Shown: positions 26,335 through 35,074, numbered from the stretch's first letter. The stretch is 37,486 bases of DNA from an uncultured bacterium (GCA_937889205.1 CALARN010000161.1:1-37486), one strand, 5' to 3'. Made by a program: numbers and translations. Notes: generated by a model from the letters alone, not told the origin.

Positions 26335-27779
26335 CCGACTGAGCCCTCCATACTCATATTAATCAGGGCATTAAGTTCTGCAGCGTATTCCATAGGCAAC
26401 TCTTTGACGATGGGCTCGATAAACCCTGAGACTATCATCGCTGAAGCTGAGGCAGCTGTTAACCCATGAGACATTAAATAAAAAAGCTGTTCTTCATTCA
26501 CTTTACTAACACTTGCCTCATGTGCAATTTCGCATTGAGAGGTACTGATTTTATTGGTTGGGTAGGTGTCAGTTTCAGAGATATTATCAAGTATTAATGC
26601 ATCACAGTTTACTTTTACTTTAGCATCTATTGCGTTTTTGGCTACATGCACTAAGCCGCGGTAACTACTGCGACCACCGTTTAAACAGATTGATTTAGAA
26701 TCGATAATACTGGTTGTTCTTGGGGCCAAGTGCACTGCTTTTGCCCCTGCATCTAGTGTCTGATTTTTATTTGCCATGGCAATTGATAAAATTTCGCCAT
26801 GGGCTTCTGGTTCTACTAAGTAAACTGCTGGATATTTCATGGTGACTTTTGATCCGAGGTTGCAATCAACCCATTCCATAATCCCCTTACTATGCACAAT
26901 AGCCCTTTTGGTAACTAAATTATAGACATTGCTGGACCAATTTTGGATTGTGGTATAGCGTACACGGGCATTCTTTTTAACAATGACCTCGACAACTGCT
27001 GCATGTAATGAGTCACTAGAATATACAGGAGCAGTGCAGCCTTCAATGTAATGAATCTCACTACCTTCATCAGCAATTATTAGTGTTCTTTCAAATTGAC
27101 CTAAGTCTTTGCTATTGATACGAAAGTAGGTTTGCAAAGGTATGCGAACTTTAACGCCTTTGGGTACATAAATAAATGTACCACCACTCCATGTTGCTGT
27201 GTTTAATGCAGCGAATTTGTTATCTGATGTAGGTACAATTTTCGAAAAGTATTCTCTAAATAGCTCAGGATATTTTTTATATGCGGCATCGGTATCAAGA
27301 AAAATCACTCCTAGTTTATTAAACTTCTTTTCTAAATTATGATAGACAACCTCTGATTCGTATTGAGTCGCAACTCCAGCTAAGAACTTTCGTTCTGCTT
27401 GGGGAATGCCTAATCTATCGAAAGTCGTTTTAATGGTGTCAGGGACATCATCCCAGCTGTTTTCGTTCCTCTTTGTGGCTCTAACAAAATAGTGGATTTT
27501 ATCAAAATCAATGTCAGTAAGGTCCGCACCCCATTTGGGCATAACTTTACTTAAAAAGACTTTATATGCCTCTAGTCTCTTATTAAGCATCCATTCATCC
27601 TCATGTTTAAGTTCTGAAATTTTACGAATTACTTCTTCATTTAAGCCACTGCCAAGATCTAGGTTAGGGTCTAACTGATCGTGAAAACCATATTTGTTTT
27701 CATAGTCTGCATTTATGCCGGTGAGTAGCCAACTTGCAGAATTCTCTGATTGTGTTAGTTTAGTATTTTTGGTAGCCAT
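26331..27779 (-). CDS. sufB: Fe-S cluster assembly protein SufB
   Basis: 482 aa. Matches include FERTLIIADEGSE.HYIEGCTAP and IAHEASVSKV.EEQLFYLMSHGL. Confidence 0.92.
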   Translation of the reverse strand: MATKNTKLTQSENSASWLLTGINADYENKYGFHDQLDPNLDLGSGLNEEVIRKISELKHEDEWMLNKRLEAYKVFLSKVMPKWGADLTDIDFDKIHYFVRATKRNENSWDDVPDTIKTTFDRLGIPQAERKFLAGVATQYESEVVYHNLEKKFNKLGVIFLDTDAAYKKYPELFREYFSKIVPTSDNKFAALNTATWSGGTFIYVPKGVKVRIPLQTYFRINSKDLGQFERTLIIADEGSEIHYIEGCTAPVYSSDSLHAAVVEVIVKKNARVRYTTIQNWSSNVYNLVTKRAIVHSKGIMEWVDCNLGSKVTMKYPAVYLVEPEAHGEILSIAMANKNQTLDAGAKAVHLAPRTTSIIDSKSICLNGGRSSYRGLVHVAKNAIDAKVKVNCDALILDNISETDTYPTNKISTSQCEIAHEASVSKVNEEQLFYLMSHGLTAASASAMIVSGFIEPIVKELPMEYAAELNALINMSMEGSVG

Positions 27780-28494
27780 CTTTTTCTATTGTAGCAAGTA
27801 ATTCTGCTTTGCCACTTTTGATTATTTTACCTTGCTTAATAATATGGACTATCTCGGGTTTTATGTAGTCAAAAATCTTATGGTAGTGGGTAATAAGTAG
27901 TATAGTCATTGCTGGGTTAGCCTTTTTAAGTTTAGCTATCCCTGTGAATACAGATTTTAATGCATCAATATCTAAGCCTGAATCTGTTTCATCTAAGATA
28001 GCCAGCTTTGGTTTCAAAATTGCCATCTGTAAAATCTCCATTTTTTTCTTTTCACCTCCAGATAGCCCCTCGTGCAAATTTCTGTCTAATAATGTCTGCT
28101 CAATTTCTAGATTTTTAGCCTGTTCTATTAATAACTGTCTAAATTTGAATACCGGCAATTGTTCTGCCTTAGATTTATTACTATTATAAGCAAGTCTTAA
28201 ATAGTTACGAAAGTTAACCCCTGGGATTTCAGTAGGAGCTTGCATTGCTAAGAAGATACCTAAATGAGCTCGTTCATGTACTGCTAAGTTGGTAATTTCT
28301 ATGCCATTAAATTTAATACTTCCTGACTCTACTTGATAAGCTGGATGTCCAAGTATTACTTTAGCCAAAGTAGATTTACCGCTTCCATTTGGTCCCATTA
28401 AAACAGTTACAGAACCTGCGTCAACTTTAAGATTAATACAGTCTAGAATTGTATGCGAGTCACTTGTGACTACTAGATTTTTTATTTGCAACAT
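27760..28494 (-). CDS. sufC: Fe-S cluster assembly ATPase SufC
   Basis: 244 aa. Walker A GPNGSGKST, ABC signature LSGGEKKK, Walker B LAILDETDSGLD. Confidence 0.93.
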   Translation of the reverse strand: MLQIKNLVVTSDSHTILDCINLKVDAGSVTVLMGPNGSGKSTLAKVILGHPAYQVESGSIKFNGIEITNLAVHERAHLGIFLAMQAPTEIPGVNFRNYLRLAYNSNKSKAEQLPVFKFRQLLIEQAKNLEIEQTLLDRNLHEGLSGGEKKKMEILQMAILKPKLAILDETDSGLDIDALKSVFTGIAKLKKANPAMTILLITHYHKIFDYIKPEIVHIIKQGKIIKSGKAELLATIEKDGYQKY

Positions 28495-28531
28495 AGAAAT
28501 ATTGTAACGATAACAGCTGTAATTGTATCAC

Positions 28532-28554
28532 AAAAGCGGCAGTAAAACTGCCGC
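28532..28554 (-). terminator. Rho-independent terminator downstream of aspS
   Basis: On the minus strand: GCGGCAG-TTTTA-CTGCCGC followed by TTTT. A second AT-rich hairpin CCTTTT/AAAAGG lies at 28560-28574. Confidence 0.65.
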
Positions 28555-28576
28555 TTAAGCCTTTTAATAAAAGGTT

Positions 28577-30370
28577 TTAGATAAGTATTGGGTTTACCAG
28601 CTCAACAAGATCAGCTGACTGCATAATCACAGATTTAGTGGTATAGCCACAGTTAAAAGCAGCTCTTTTTTCATTAAGTACAGATTTTGCAAAGTAAGCT
28701 GTTAGATTCATCAAGTTAGCAAAAGGTGGTATTGCCCCAACTTCTAGTCCAAACTTAAGCTTGATTGTATCTGCCTTTTCAAATTCAAATTTTTCATTTT
28801 CAATCTTACTAATAGCATCTAAATCTACCTTCTCATTCGCAGGTAAACAAACCATAATGTTTTTACCTGATTTCTTGCCTTTAAGAATGATTGCCTTAAC
28901 TCCTTCTTCTAGTTTAGTTGCTCTAACTTTAGCGGCATCGCTTGAAGTTTGCACAGCTTCATGCTCGACTAATTGGTAATCGAATCCGTTTTTATCTAGG
29001 CGCTTAATAATTTCATGGTGCAATTCATCGCCAAAGAATAGTTTACCTGCTATGCTTACACCTGCAATCCTTTTGGGATCAGAAGGGAATAATGTGCTCT
29101 CGCGAATATTGTCTAGACCTAAGAGCATCATGGTAAATCGTTCCATTCCTAAACCAAAGCCACCATGTTTAGGCATTCCGTATTTGAAGATGGATAAGTA
29201 GTCGCTAAAGCCATTTGGATCCATTCCTTTGAATTTTAAAGAATCTACTAATTCATCATACTGTTCAATTCTTTGACCTCCACTTGCAATTTCAATTTCT
29301 CGACAAAGCAAATCAAAATAGTTGGTAACAGATGGGTCTGCAGCATTTGGTTTGGCATAAAAAGCAGTTTTCACCCTTAAGAAGTTTTCTACAAAAATGA
29401 AATCTGTACCAAATTCCTCTCTGGCATATTTACATAGTTCCCCTTCTGCCATTGGTGATAAGTCTTTTTCATTACGTTCATCGAGACCTGTTCTCTCAAA
29501 CACTAGTTGTAAAGCGTCTCTAAATTTAATTCTAGGAAAGGGTACGTCCATTGGGCATTTAGCCATATTTAAACCGCACTCAGCGATTTCTTTAGCACAC
29601 TCTGTTGTTACTTTATTAACCATATATTTGATGACTTGCTCTTCGTAATCCATCACCTCGTGATAGTCTTCAATAAAGCCCATTTCGAACTCAAATTGGG
29701 TAGCTTCAGTTAAGTGGCGACGCGTATTAGATTTTTCAGCTCTAAAGCATTTCATTAAAGCAAATACTCTTTCATTTACACCCACCATCATCTGCTTATA
29801 AAGCTGTGCGCTTTGTGAAAGCAGGGCTTCGTTATCAAAGTATTGTACTTTAAACATCTCACTGCCACCTTCTGAAGATGCTCCGATAATATTGGGTCCA
29901 AAAAATTCTACAAAGCCTTTTTTTGTTAAAAATTCACGATAAGCAGCAACTAATGTCGCTTGAACTTTGAAGATCGCTTGATATTTTTTGTGTCTTAAGG
30001 TTAAAGGTCGATAATCCAATACTGTTTCTAAACTTGCATTCAAGTTGTCTTTGTTAATTTCTACCGGCCAAGCTTCTGTAACCGCACTAATAACTTCGCA
30101 TTTTAAAGCAATAATTTCATAGCCCTCTTTAGTTGAAGTTGTCTGTTTAACATCACCTGTGATTGAGATTACACTCCCAACTTGTAATTGCTGGATTTCT
30201 TTGAGAAGTTCTGGTGTTTCAATAACAACTTGTACCACACCACTGCGGTCTCTTAATATTACAAACATTAATTTACCTAAATCTCTAATTGTATGGATCC
30301 AGCCTTTCACTAAGGCCTGTGAGCCAATAAGCTGTTTTAAATCTGCGTTAAGAGTTCTTTTCATGAACAT
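28577..30370 (-). CDS. aspS: Aspartyl-tRNA synthetase (archaeal/eukaryal type 2) fused to a C-terminal YbaK/ProX-like aminoacyl-tRNA editing domain
   Basis: 597 aa. The first ~440 aa has an OB fold plus a class IIb core: QSAQLYKQ, FRAEKSNTRRHL, SGGQRIEQYDELV, KYGMPKHGGFGLGMER. The last ~150 aa has the YbaK-like pattern (KAIILKGKK...MVCLPANEKVDL..I...G.EVGAIPPF). Confidence 0.85.
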   Translation of the reverse strand: MFMKRTLNADLKQLIGSQALVKGWIHTIRDLGKLMFVILRDRSGVVQVVIETPELLKEIQQLQVGSVISITGDVKQTTSTKEGYEIIALKCEVISAVTEAWPVEINKDNLNASLETVLDYRPLTLRHKKYQAIFKVQATLVAAYREFLTKKGFVEFFGPNIIGASSEGGSEMFKVQYFDNEALLSQSAQLYKQMMVGVNERVFALMKCFRAEKSNTRRHLTEATQFEFEMGFIEDYHEVMDYEEQVIKYMVNKVTTECAKEIAECGLNMAKCPMDVPFPRIKFRDALQLVFERTGLDERNEKDLSPMAEGELCKYAREEFGTDFIFVENFLRVKTAFYAKPNAADPSVTNYFDLLCREIEIASGGQRIEQYDELVDSLKFKGMDPNGFSDYLSIFKYGMPKHGGFGLGMERFTMMLLGLDNIRESTLFPSDPKRIAGVSIAGKLFFGDELHHEIIKRLDKNGFDYQLVEHEAVQTSSDAAKVRATKLEEGVKAIILKGKKSGKNIMVCLPANEKVDLDAISKIENEKFEFEKADTIKLKFGLEVGAIPPFANLMNLTAYFAKSVLNEKRAAFNCGYTTKSVIMQSADLVELVNPILI

Positions 30371-30382
30371 TTATTAATAAAT

Positions 30383-30606
30383 AAAAAAAGGGTCTTTAAA
30401 AACCGCAATCAACGATCTTTAAGGACCCTGCTATTAAATAATAGCCGGTGGTGCCACCTTCATTTTCTGATAACAAAATCATCAGAACACTTTATTTTTG
30501 TTTAATTGTTGTCACAATTGTTATCGGTCTTTCACAGCTAAAATTTCCGATTCGCTTAATAGATTTTATGCTGATTAGAAAGTTTTTGCAATAGCATTTA
30601 GTTCTG
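30383..30606 (-). promoter_or_regulatory. T-box riboswitch-like leader of aspS
   Basis: The minus strand reads AAUGAAGG-UGGCACC-ACCGG (plus coords 30445-30464), close to the T-box consensus AAUUAGGGUGGUACCGCG. A terminator follows: AGGGTCCTTAAA / TTTAAAGACCCT plus T7 (30383-30429). The antiterminator 3' strand CCUU lies inside the terminator 5' arm. A stem III-like hairpin is at 30465-30487, and upstream is a long stem with Asp codons in its 3' flank. Confidence 0.7.
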
Positions 30607-30614
30607 CATATAAT
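30586..30614 (+). promoter_or_regulatory. Candidate sigma70-like promoter facing the PEGA gene
   Basis: TTGCAA (30586-30591), 17-nt spacer, TATAAT (30609-30614). It overlaps the minus-strand -10 candidate. Confidence 0.4.
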
Positions 30615-30634
30615 TAGAAAAGTAAAATTCTCAA
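30607..30634 (-). promoter_or_regulatory. Candidate promoter for the aspS leader
   Basis: Minus strand: TTGAGA (30629-30634), 16-nt spacer, TATATG (30607-30612). Confidence 0.35.
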
Positions 30635-30664
30635 GTTTGTTTTGTTAAAGAGTGGTTTAAATAC

Positions 30665-30673
30665 TGCTATAAT
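30665..30673 (+). promoter_or_regulatory. Extended -10 element upstream of the PEGA gene
   Basis: TGcTATAAT lies 20 nt upstream of the GTG at 30694. No good -35 was found. Confidence 0.35.
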
Positions 30674-30693
30674 TTTAGTAATTGAAGTCCTAA

Positions 30694-31386
30694 GTGGTGA
30701 TGTTAAGAAAGATTGTGTCAATAATTGCTCTAGTAATTGGGCTGCTATTATTAGCGGTATGGTCACCATGGCAGAATTGGGATCTTAACATCTTAGAGCT
30801 GGTGGGTATTGAAACAACACAAGACTTTGCTAGTCTTAAAGTTAAGTCTTTAGCCGGAGAAATTGAAATATTCGTAGATGATGAATTGTTGGGGACTGCT
30901 AATGCTGAAGATGTTGACTTTTCAGAGATAACCCCAGTGAGTATTGGCGAGCATACCATAGTACTTAAGAGAAAAGATGATGCAGATAAATATTTCGTAA
31001 TGACTAAAAAGTTGAATTTTGAGCCTGGGGTTGATGTTGTCATTGCTTATGATTTAGGTCCAAATGAATACTTTTCAGAGGGGCATGTGCTTTTTAGTCG
31101 TAAAAACTTCTCTGCTGCCAATGACGTATTACTAAATATTTCGGTTAATCCAGTAGCTGCAAATATTTTTGTTGATGGTATCCAAGTTGGAACTGCTCCT
31201 TTAAATGATATAAAATTGGATGTTACAAAGCAGCACAAATTAAAATTTGAAAAAGTCGGGTTTGATCCTTTAGAGATTACAATTCTACCCGAGAAACAAG
31301 AAGACAGAGATAAGCTAATGGGACTTACACTAGACCTTGAAGTTAATTTATTTGCGCAACCAATTAAGATTCAAACTGCCAATTAG
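30694..31386 (+). CDS. Membrane-anchored PEGA domain protein
   Basis: 230 aa (GTG at 30694 or ATG at 30700). N-terminal TM, then two PEGA-like repeats: GEIEIFVDDELLGTA and ANIFVDGIQVGTAPL...H.L.FEK.GF.P. Confidence 0.65.
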   Translation: MVMLRKIVSIIALVIGLLLLAVWSPWQNWDLNILELVGIETTQDFASLKVKSLAGEIEIFVDDELLGTANAEDVDFSEITPVSIGEHTIVLKRKDDADKYFVMTKKLNFEPGVDVVIAYDLGPNEYFSEGHVLFSRKNFSAANDVLLNISVNPVAANIFVDGIQVGTAPLNDIKLDVTKQHKLKFEKVGFDPLEITILPEKQEDRDKLMGLTLDLEVNLFAQPIKIQTAN

Positions 31387-31395
31387 AAAAATTAA

Positions 31396-34300
31396 ATGCC
31401 CGAATATAATAAATTAAAAAATTGTATAAAATTTCCTACTTCAATAATCATTCGCGGTGAAGATTTGTTAGGTATAGAATTGGCAAAGTCTTTGTTAGAA
31501 CAAGGTGGCTTTGTAATTTTAATTGATAATGGTATTACTGACCTCGATAAGTACCTACCCTTAATTGATGCATATTTTGATAACTTATTAATTCTTGATT
31601 ATTCGGGGATTGTTAGTCTAAAGCAGGATTTACGCAGGCTTGATTATGTTTTCTACTTGAATCATCAAGCTGCAGATTTTTCACAGAAAATATCAACGCA
31701 AGAATTTTTACAGTCATCAAATTATCTTGATGCTGTATTAGATCTTACAGCCAAATTTGATGCTAAGTTCTTGCTAACTACTTCAATCAAGGCTCATCAA
31801 TTATTAGTTTCAGATAAAGTAATCGACTTAAATTATGCGGTAGATGCAGATGCAAGGTATTCGGTGTACTCTGAGCTAGAAATTCAAAGATATGCAGAAA
31901 GCTTAGTGAAAGAATATCAAGAAAAAGTAGGGGTTAACGCCCGAGTTGTTAGATTAGGTACTCTGTTGGGCAAAGGCATGGAAATTAATATTGATACAAA
32001 CTTAGTTCAATTAATATTAGCTGCTTTAGCAGGCAAGAATTTAGTCATTCCCGGAGATGGCTTAGAGTCAGATTATTATATTCATTACCTAGATGCTGCT
32101 TATGGCATAATTAAAGCGCAGTTTACCCCAAACACAAAAGGGCAAATCTATACGCTAGCTAATGAGGAAGAGGTTACAGTGCTATCTTTGGCGTATAAGC
32201 TGCTTGAATTAATCCCTACCGCAAAAGAAATTCAATTCAATCAAGATGATAATAACTTGCCACCAATAAAACTCTATAAACCAGCGCAGAATCTTGTAAA
32301 GATTGGGTGGAGGCCTAGAATTGCGATGGAACGCGCGCTTAAGCAAACAATTGATTTTATTGATTATCGCATAAAAGAAGCGGGTGGTGATGTTTCTGCT
32401 ATTAATCAAGAACTAATACCAATTAATCGCGCCGTAGCTAAAGCTCCAAAGACTTTTAAAGATAAGCTCTTAGATTTCTTCTTCATTGCTGAAGAGGGGC
32501 AAGATACAACTCAAGCAGAAATAAATGCTAGAGCTGAAGCCATGGCCACTATAAATACACAAGGGGCTTTGGCTAGACTTATTGCGGAAAGAAAAAGACA
32601 AGAACAAGCAAGGCGAGGGAATATTATAATTGCAAACAATCAACTAAGAGAATCGATAAAACCTAAACCAAAACTAAATTCATTGCAAAAGCTAGATAAT
32701 GCTCTTTCAACAGCACTATGGAACTTCAAGGGGAATTTTGAAGGGCTAAAGAACATGAGTGTTACCGATTTTGTTTTTATGCTTGTAGGAATCGGTGTAT
32801 TTTTAGGGCTTTACTTTACAGTGATTTCTCCGGTACTTAGTTTTGGCAGAAATTTATTTATTATTAATGATGAGTTCAACCAACTAGTAACTGCAAATCA
32901 AATTCAAGATTTTTCACAAGCGCAAGCTTCAATTAAGGTGATTAATAGCAATCTTAAGCAATCACAAGACAGGATGTTAGAATTGCAGTCAATTTTCAAG
33001 ATTTTCGGAAAAGATGAGGCATATAGAAATATTCAACTATTAATCAGTAATAGCATGCAGTTTACCGCTGGCATGGATTCTGTTTATCTCGGCTTAGAGC
33101 CATGGCAAGAGTATTTAGAGAGTTTTTATCCTGGTTTTATGCAAAGACTAGATGGTTCAACGCACATTTCTGTTGATGGATCTCAAGAATATTCTGAAAT
33201 TTTGACAAAAATTAATCGTGCGAATTCAGAGCTAGTGCTTAATTTAAGTACTAATATCAAATTATTACCCCAAATAGAACAGGGACTGCAGAAGATGCCT
33301 TTAAATATTTATGATAGCTTGAGTGAGAACTTATTAAAGTTAGAGGAAAACTTAAATGGAATCAATGCAGTTGCCAATATTACACCTTACTCATCTGAAC
33401 TATTGGGGGCGAATACTACAAAAAACTATTTACTAATTATTCAAGATAATTATCGTTATACAGTTGGTGGTGGTGAAGTCGCAGGTTTAATTTGGTTAGA
33501 AGTAACTAATGGGGCAGTAAAAGATATCAAAGTGGTTAATTGGGATCAATACGCCAACGCCACAGCTAGCTTCAATAATCAAGAATTAAGCGAGCTGAAA
33601 TTATCAGCAAGTAGGGTTATTAGTACTACTAACGCAAAACAGAAAGATGTAGCGTTAATCGCAGATGATAAAGTCTTCTTAAATTATTTACAAAAGTATT
33701 TTGAGCAACAATTCAGTACCTCTTTTGATATGGTAATTAGTGTAAATAATAATACTCTAACAAATCTAATTGGTGATAAAGGTATCACGATTAGGCAAGA
33801 AAACTTAATTGGCAAAAATTTAGCAAGCTATTTGGCAAACAAATTACCCGCTTCAGTTACGGTTTCAAGCAGAAATGCCATAATTTTAGATATGTGGGCA
33901 GTAGTATTCGAGCAACGCTTTAATGATTTGAATGAGAATGCAACGACAATTGCCAATGCCTTTAGCCAGGGACTAACTAAAAATGATGTGAGGCTGTATT
34001 CAACTAATGTTATTATTCAAAAGCTGCTTACCGAAAATATTGATAATAATAAAGTTAAAGATAAGATTTTTATAGGGGCAAATTACGATCAAAAAACCAA
34101 TACTTTAGCAACAGAACCCACTTTGACGTTAAGCGGCTCTGTAAATTATTTGAAAAATGGTGAGGTTAAAAAAGATTTTATACTATCGGCTAATGGTTTT
34201 GATAGTCTTGAAAATCTAGTTGTATGTGTTCCTTATGCTTCTAAAGACTTATTAGTAACCAAGGCTGCGCCAGATTTAATAACTCAAGTAATTTCGTATG

Positions 34301-34584
34301 AATCTGACAAGTCTTGCGTTATCTTACTAGAGAACGCCGACTTAAAGTATGGGATTAGTTATTATAATGTCAATACAAATCAAAGCATTGACGAAAGTAG
34401 TATAAATAAATTAGAATTAATTACGATACCCGGAATTGAGGTTTTGTATGATATTGAATTTGTATTCGAAAGTGGTACAAATAATATAATTCCAGATTTT
34501 GCAGGATTTTCAAAACAAAGCAACGGATTTCTCTATCGTGGCAGTAGCAACGGTAGTAATTTATTTATTTTTAGTAAGAATTAA
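31396..34584 (+). CDS. Large membrane protein: degenerate SDR/epimerase-like N-domain, one TM, DUF4012-like C-terminal domain
   Basis: 1062 aa. The N-terminal ~320 aa has an extended-SDR layout (VVRLGTLLG, IPGDG...DYYIHYLD). A TM is encoded at nt 32761-32845. The C-terminal region carries KNYLLIIQDNYRYTVGGGEVAGLIWLEVTNGAVKDIKV, resembling the DUF4012 core. Confidence 0.6.
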   Translation: MPEYNKLKNCIKFPTSIIIRGEDLLGIELAKSLLEQGGFVILIDNGITDLDKYLPLIDAYFDNLLILDYSGIVSLKQDLRRLDYVFYLNHQAADFSQKISTQEFLQSSNYLDAVLDLTAKFDAKFLLTTSIKAHQLLVSDKVIDLNYAVDADARYSVYSELEIQRYAESLVKEYQEKVGVNARVVRLGTLLGKGMEINIDTNLVQLILAALAGKNLVIPGDGLESDYYIHYLDAAYGIIKAQFTPNTKGQIYTLANEEEVTVLSLAYKLLELIPTAKEIQFNQDDNNLPPIKLYKPAQNLVKIGWRPRIAMERALKQTIDFIDYRIKEAGGDVSAINQELIPINRAVAKAPKTFKDKLLDFFFIAEEGQDTTQAEINARAEAMATINTQGALARLIAERKRQEQARRGNIIIANNQLRESIKPKPKLNSLQKLDNALSTALWNFKGNFEGLKNMSVTDFVFMLVGIGVFLGLYFTVISPVLSFGRNLFIINDEFNQLVTANQIQDFSQAQASIKVINSNLKQSQDRMLELQSIFKIFGKDEAYRNIQLLISNSMQFTAGMDSVYLGLEPWQEYLESFYPGFMQRLDGSTHISVDGSQEYSEILTKINRANSELVLNLSTNIKLLPQIEQGLQKMPLNIYDSLSENLLKLEENLNGINAVANITPYSSELLGANTTKNYLLIIQDNYRYTVGGGEVAGLIWLEVTNGAVKDIKVVNWDQYANATASFNNQELSELKLSASRVISTTNAKQKDVALIADDKVFLNYLQKYFEQQFSTSFDMVISVNNNTLTNLIGDKGITIRQENLIGKNLASYLANKLPASVTVSSRNAIILDMWAVVFEQRFNDLNENATTIANAFSQGLTKNDVRLYSTNVIIQKLLTENIDNNKVKDKIFIGANYDQKTNTLATEPTLTLSGSVNYLKNGEVKKDFILSANGFDSLENLVVCVPYASKDLLVTKAAPDLITQVISYESDKSCVILLENADLKYGISYYNVNTNQSIDESSINKLELITIPGIEVLYDIEFVFESGTNNIIPDFAGFSKQSNGFLYRGSSNGSNLFIFSKN

Positions 34585-34585
34585 G

Positions 34586-35047
34586 ATGAAAAATCTCGTC
34601 ACAAAAAGTGGACTAGATGAATTGGAAAGCGAGTTACAAAATCGAAAAGAAACTATTCGTGATCAAATAGCAAATGAAATTGAAAAAGCTCGTGAACAGG
34701 GCGACCTTTCTGAAAATGCTGCTTATAAGGCAGCTATGGAGAGCAAAGAATATAATGAAAATCGTATCTTGCAATTAGAAGAGTTAATAAAAAACTCAGA
34801 AATTGTCACAGAATCTAATGGCAAAAATAAAATTGCATTGGGTTCAAAGGCAAAGGTTCTTAATGAGACCACAGATAAGAAATTTACTTATGAGTTAGTT
34901 GGGCAAACTGAGGCTGACCCTGCAAATGGAAAAATTTCGATTGTATCCCCTTTAGGTGTGGCTATGAATGGTAAGAAAGTTAATGAGACTTTTACATTTT
35001 CTACACCGGGTGGTGAGAATGTTTATAAGATACTTGAGATAATTTAA
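34586..35047 (+). CDS. greA: Transcription elongation factor GreA
   Basis: 153 aa from the ATG at 34586. G...L..EL..........I...I..ARE.GDLSENA.Y.AA......N..RI..LE and C-terminal ISI.SP.G.A..GKKV.E matches GreA. The track ORF from 34499 is an upstream extension that overlaps the preceding gene. Confidence 0.88.
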   Translation: MKNLVTKSGLDELESELQNRKETIRDQIANEIEKAREQGDLSENAAYKAAMESKEYNENRILQLEELIKNSEIVTESNGKNKIALGSKAKVLNETTDKKFTYELVGQTEADPANGKISIVSPLGVAMNGKKVNETFTFSTPGGENVYKILEII

Positions 35048-35074
35048 TTTATCAGTAATAAGAATTAATTGCCC

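Noticed and set aside
30504-30522. AATTGTT direct repeat and TTGT-C-ACAA palindrome in the aspS/PEGA intergenic region, considered as a protein operator.
   Set aside because: It lies inside the transcribed T-box leader. It is more simply explained as RNA secondary structure: AAUUGU/ACAAUU pairing around a GACA loop.
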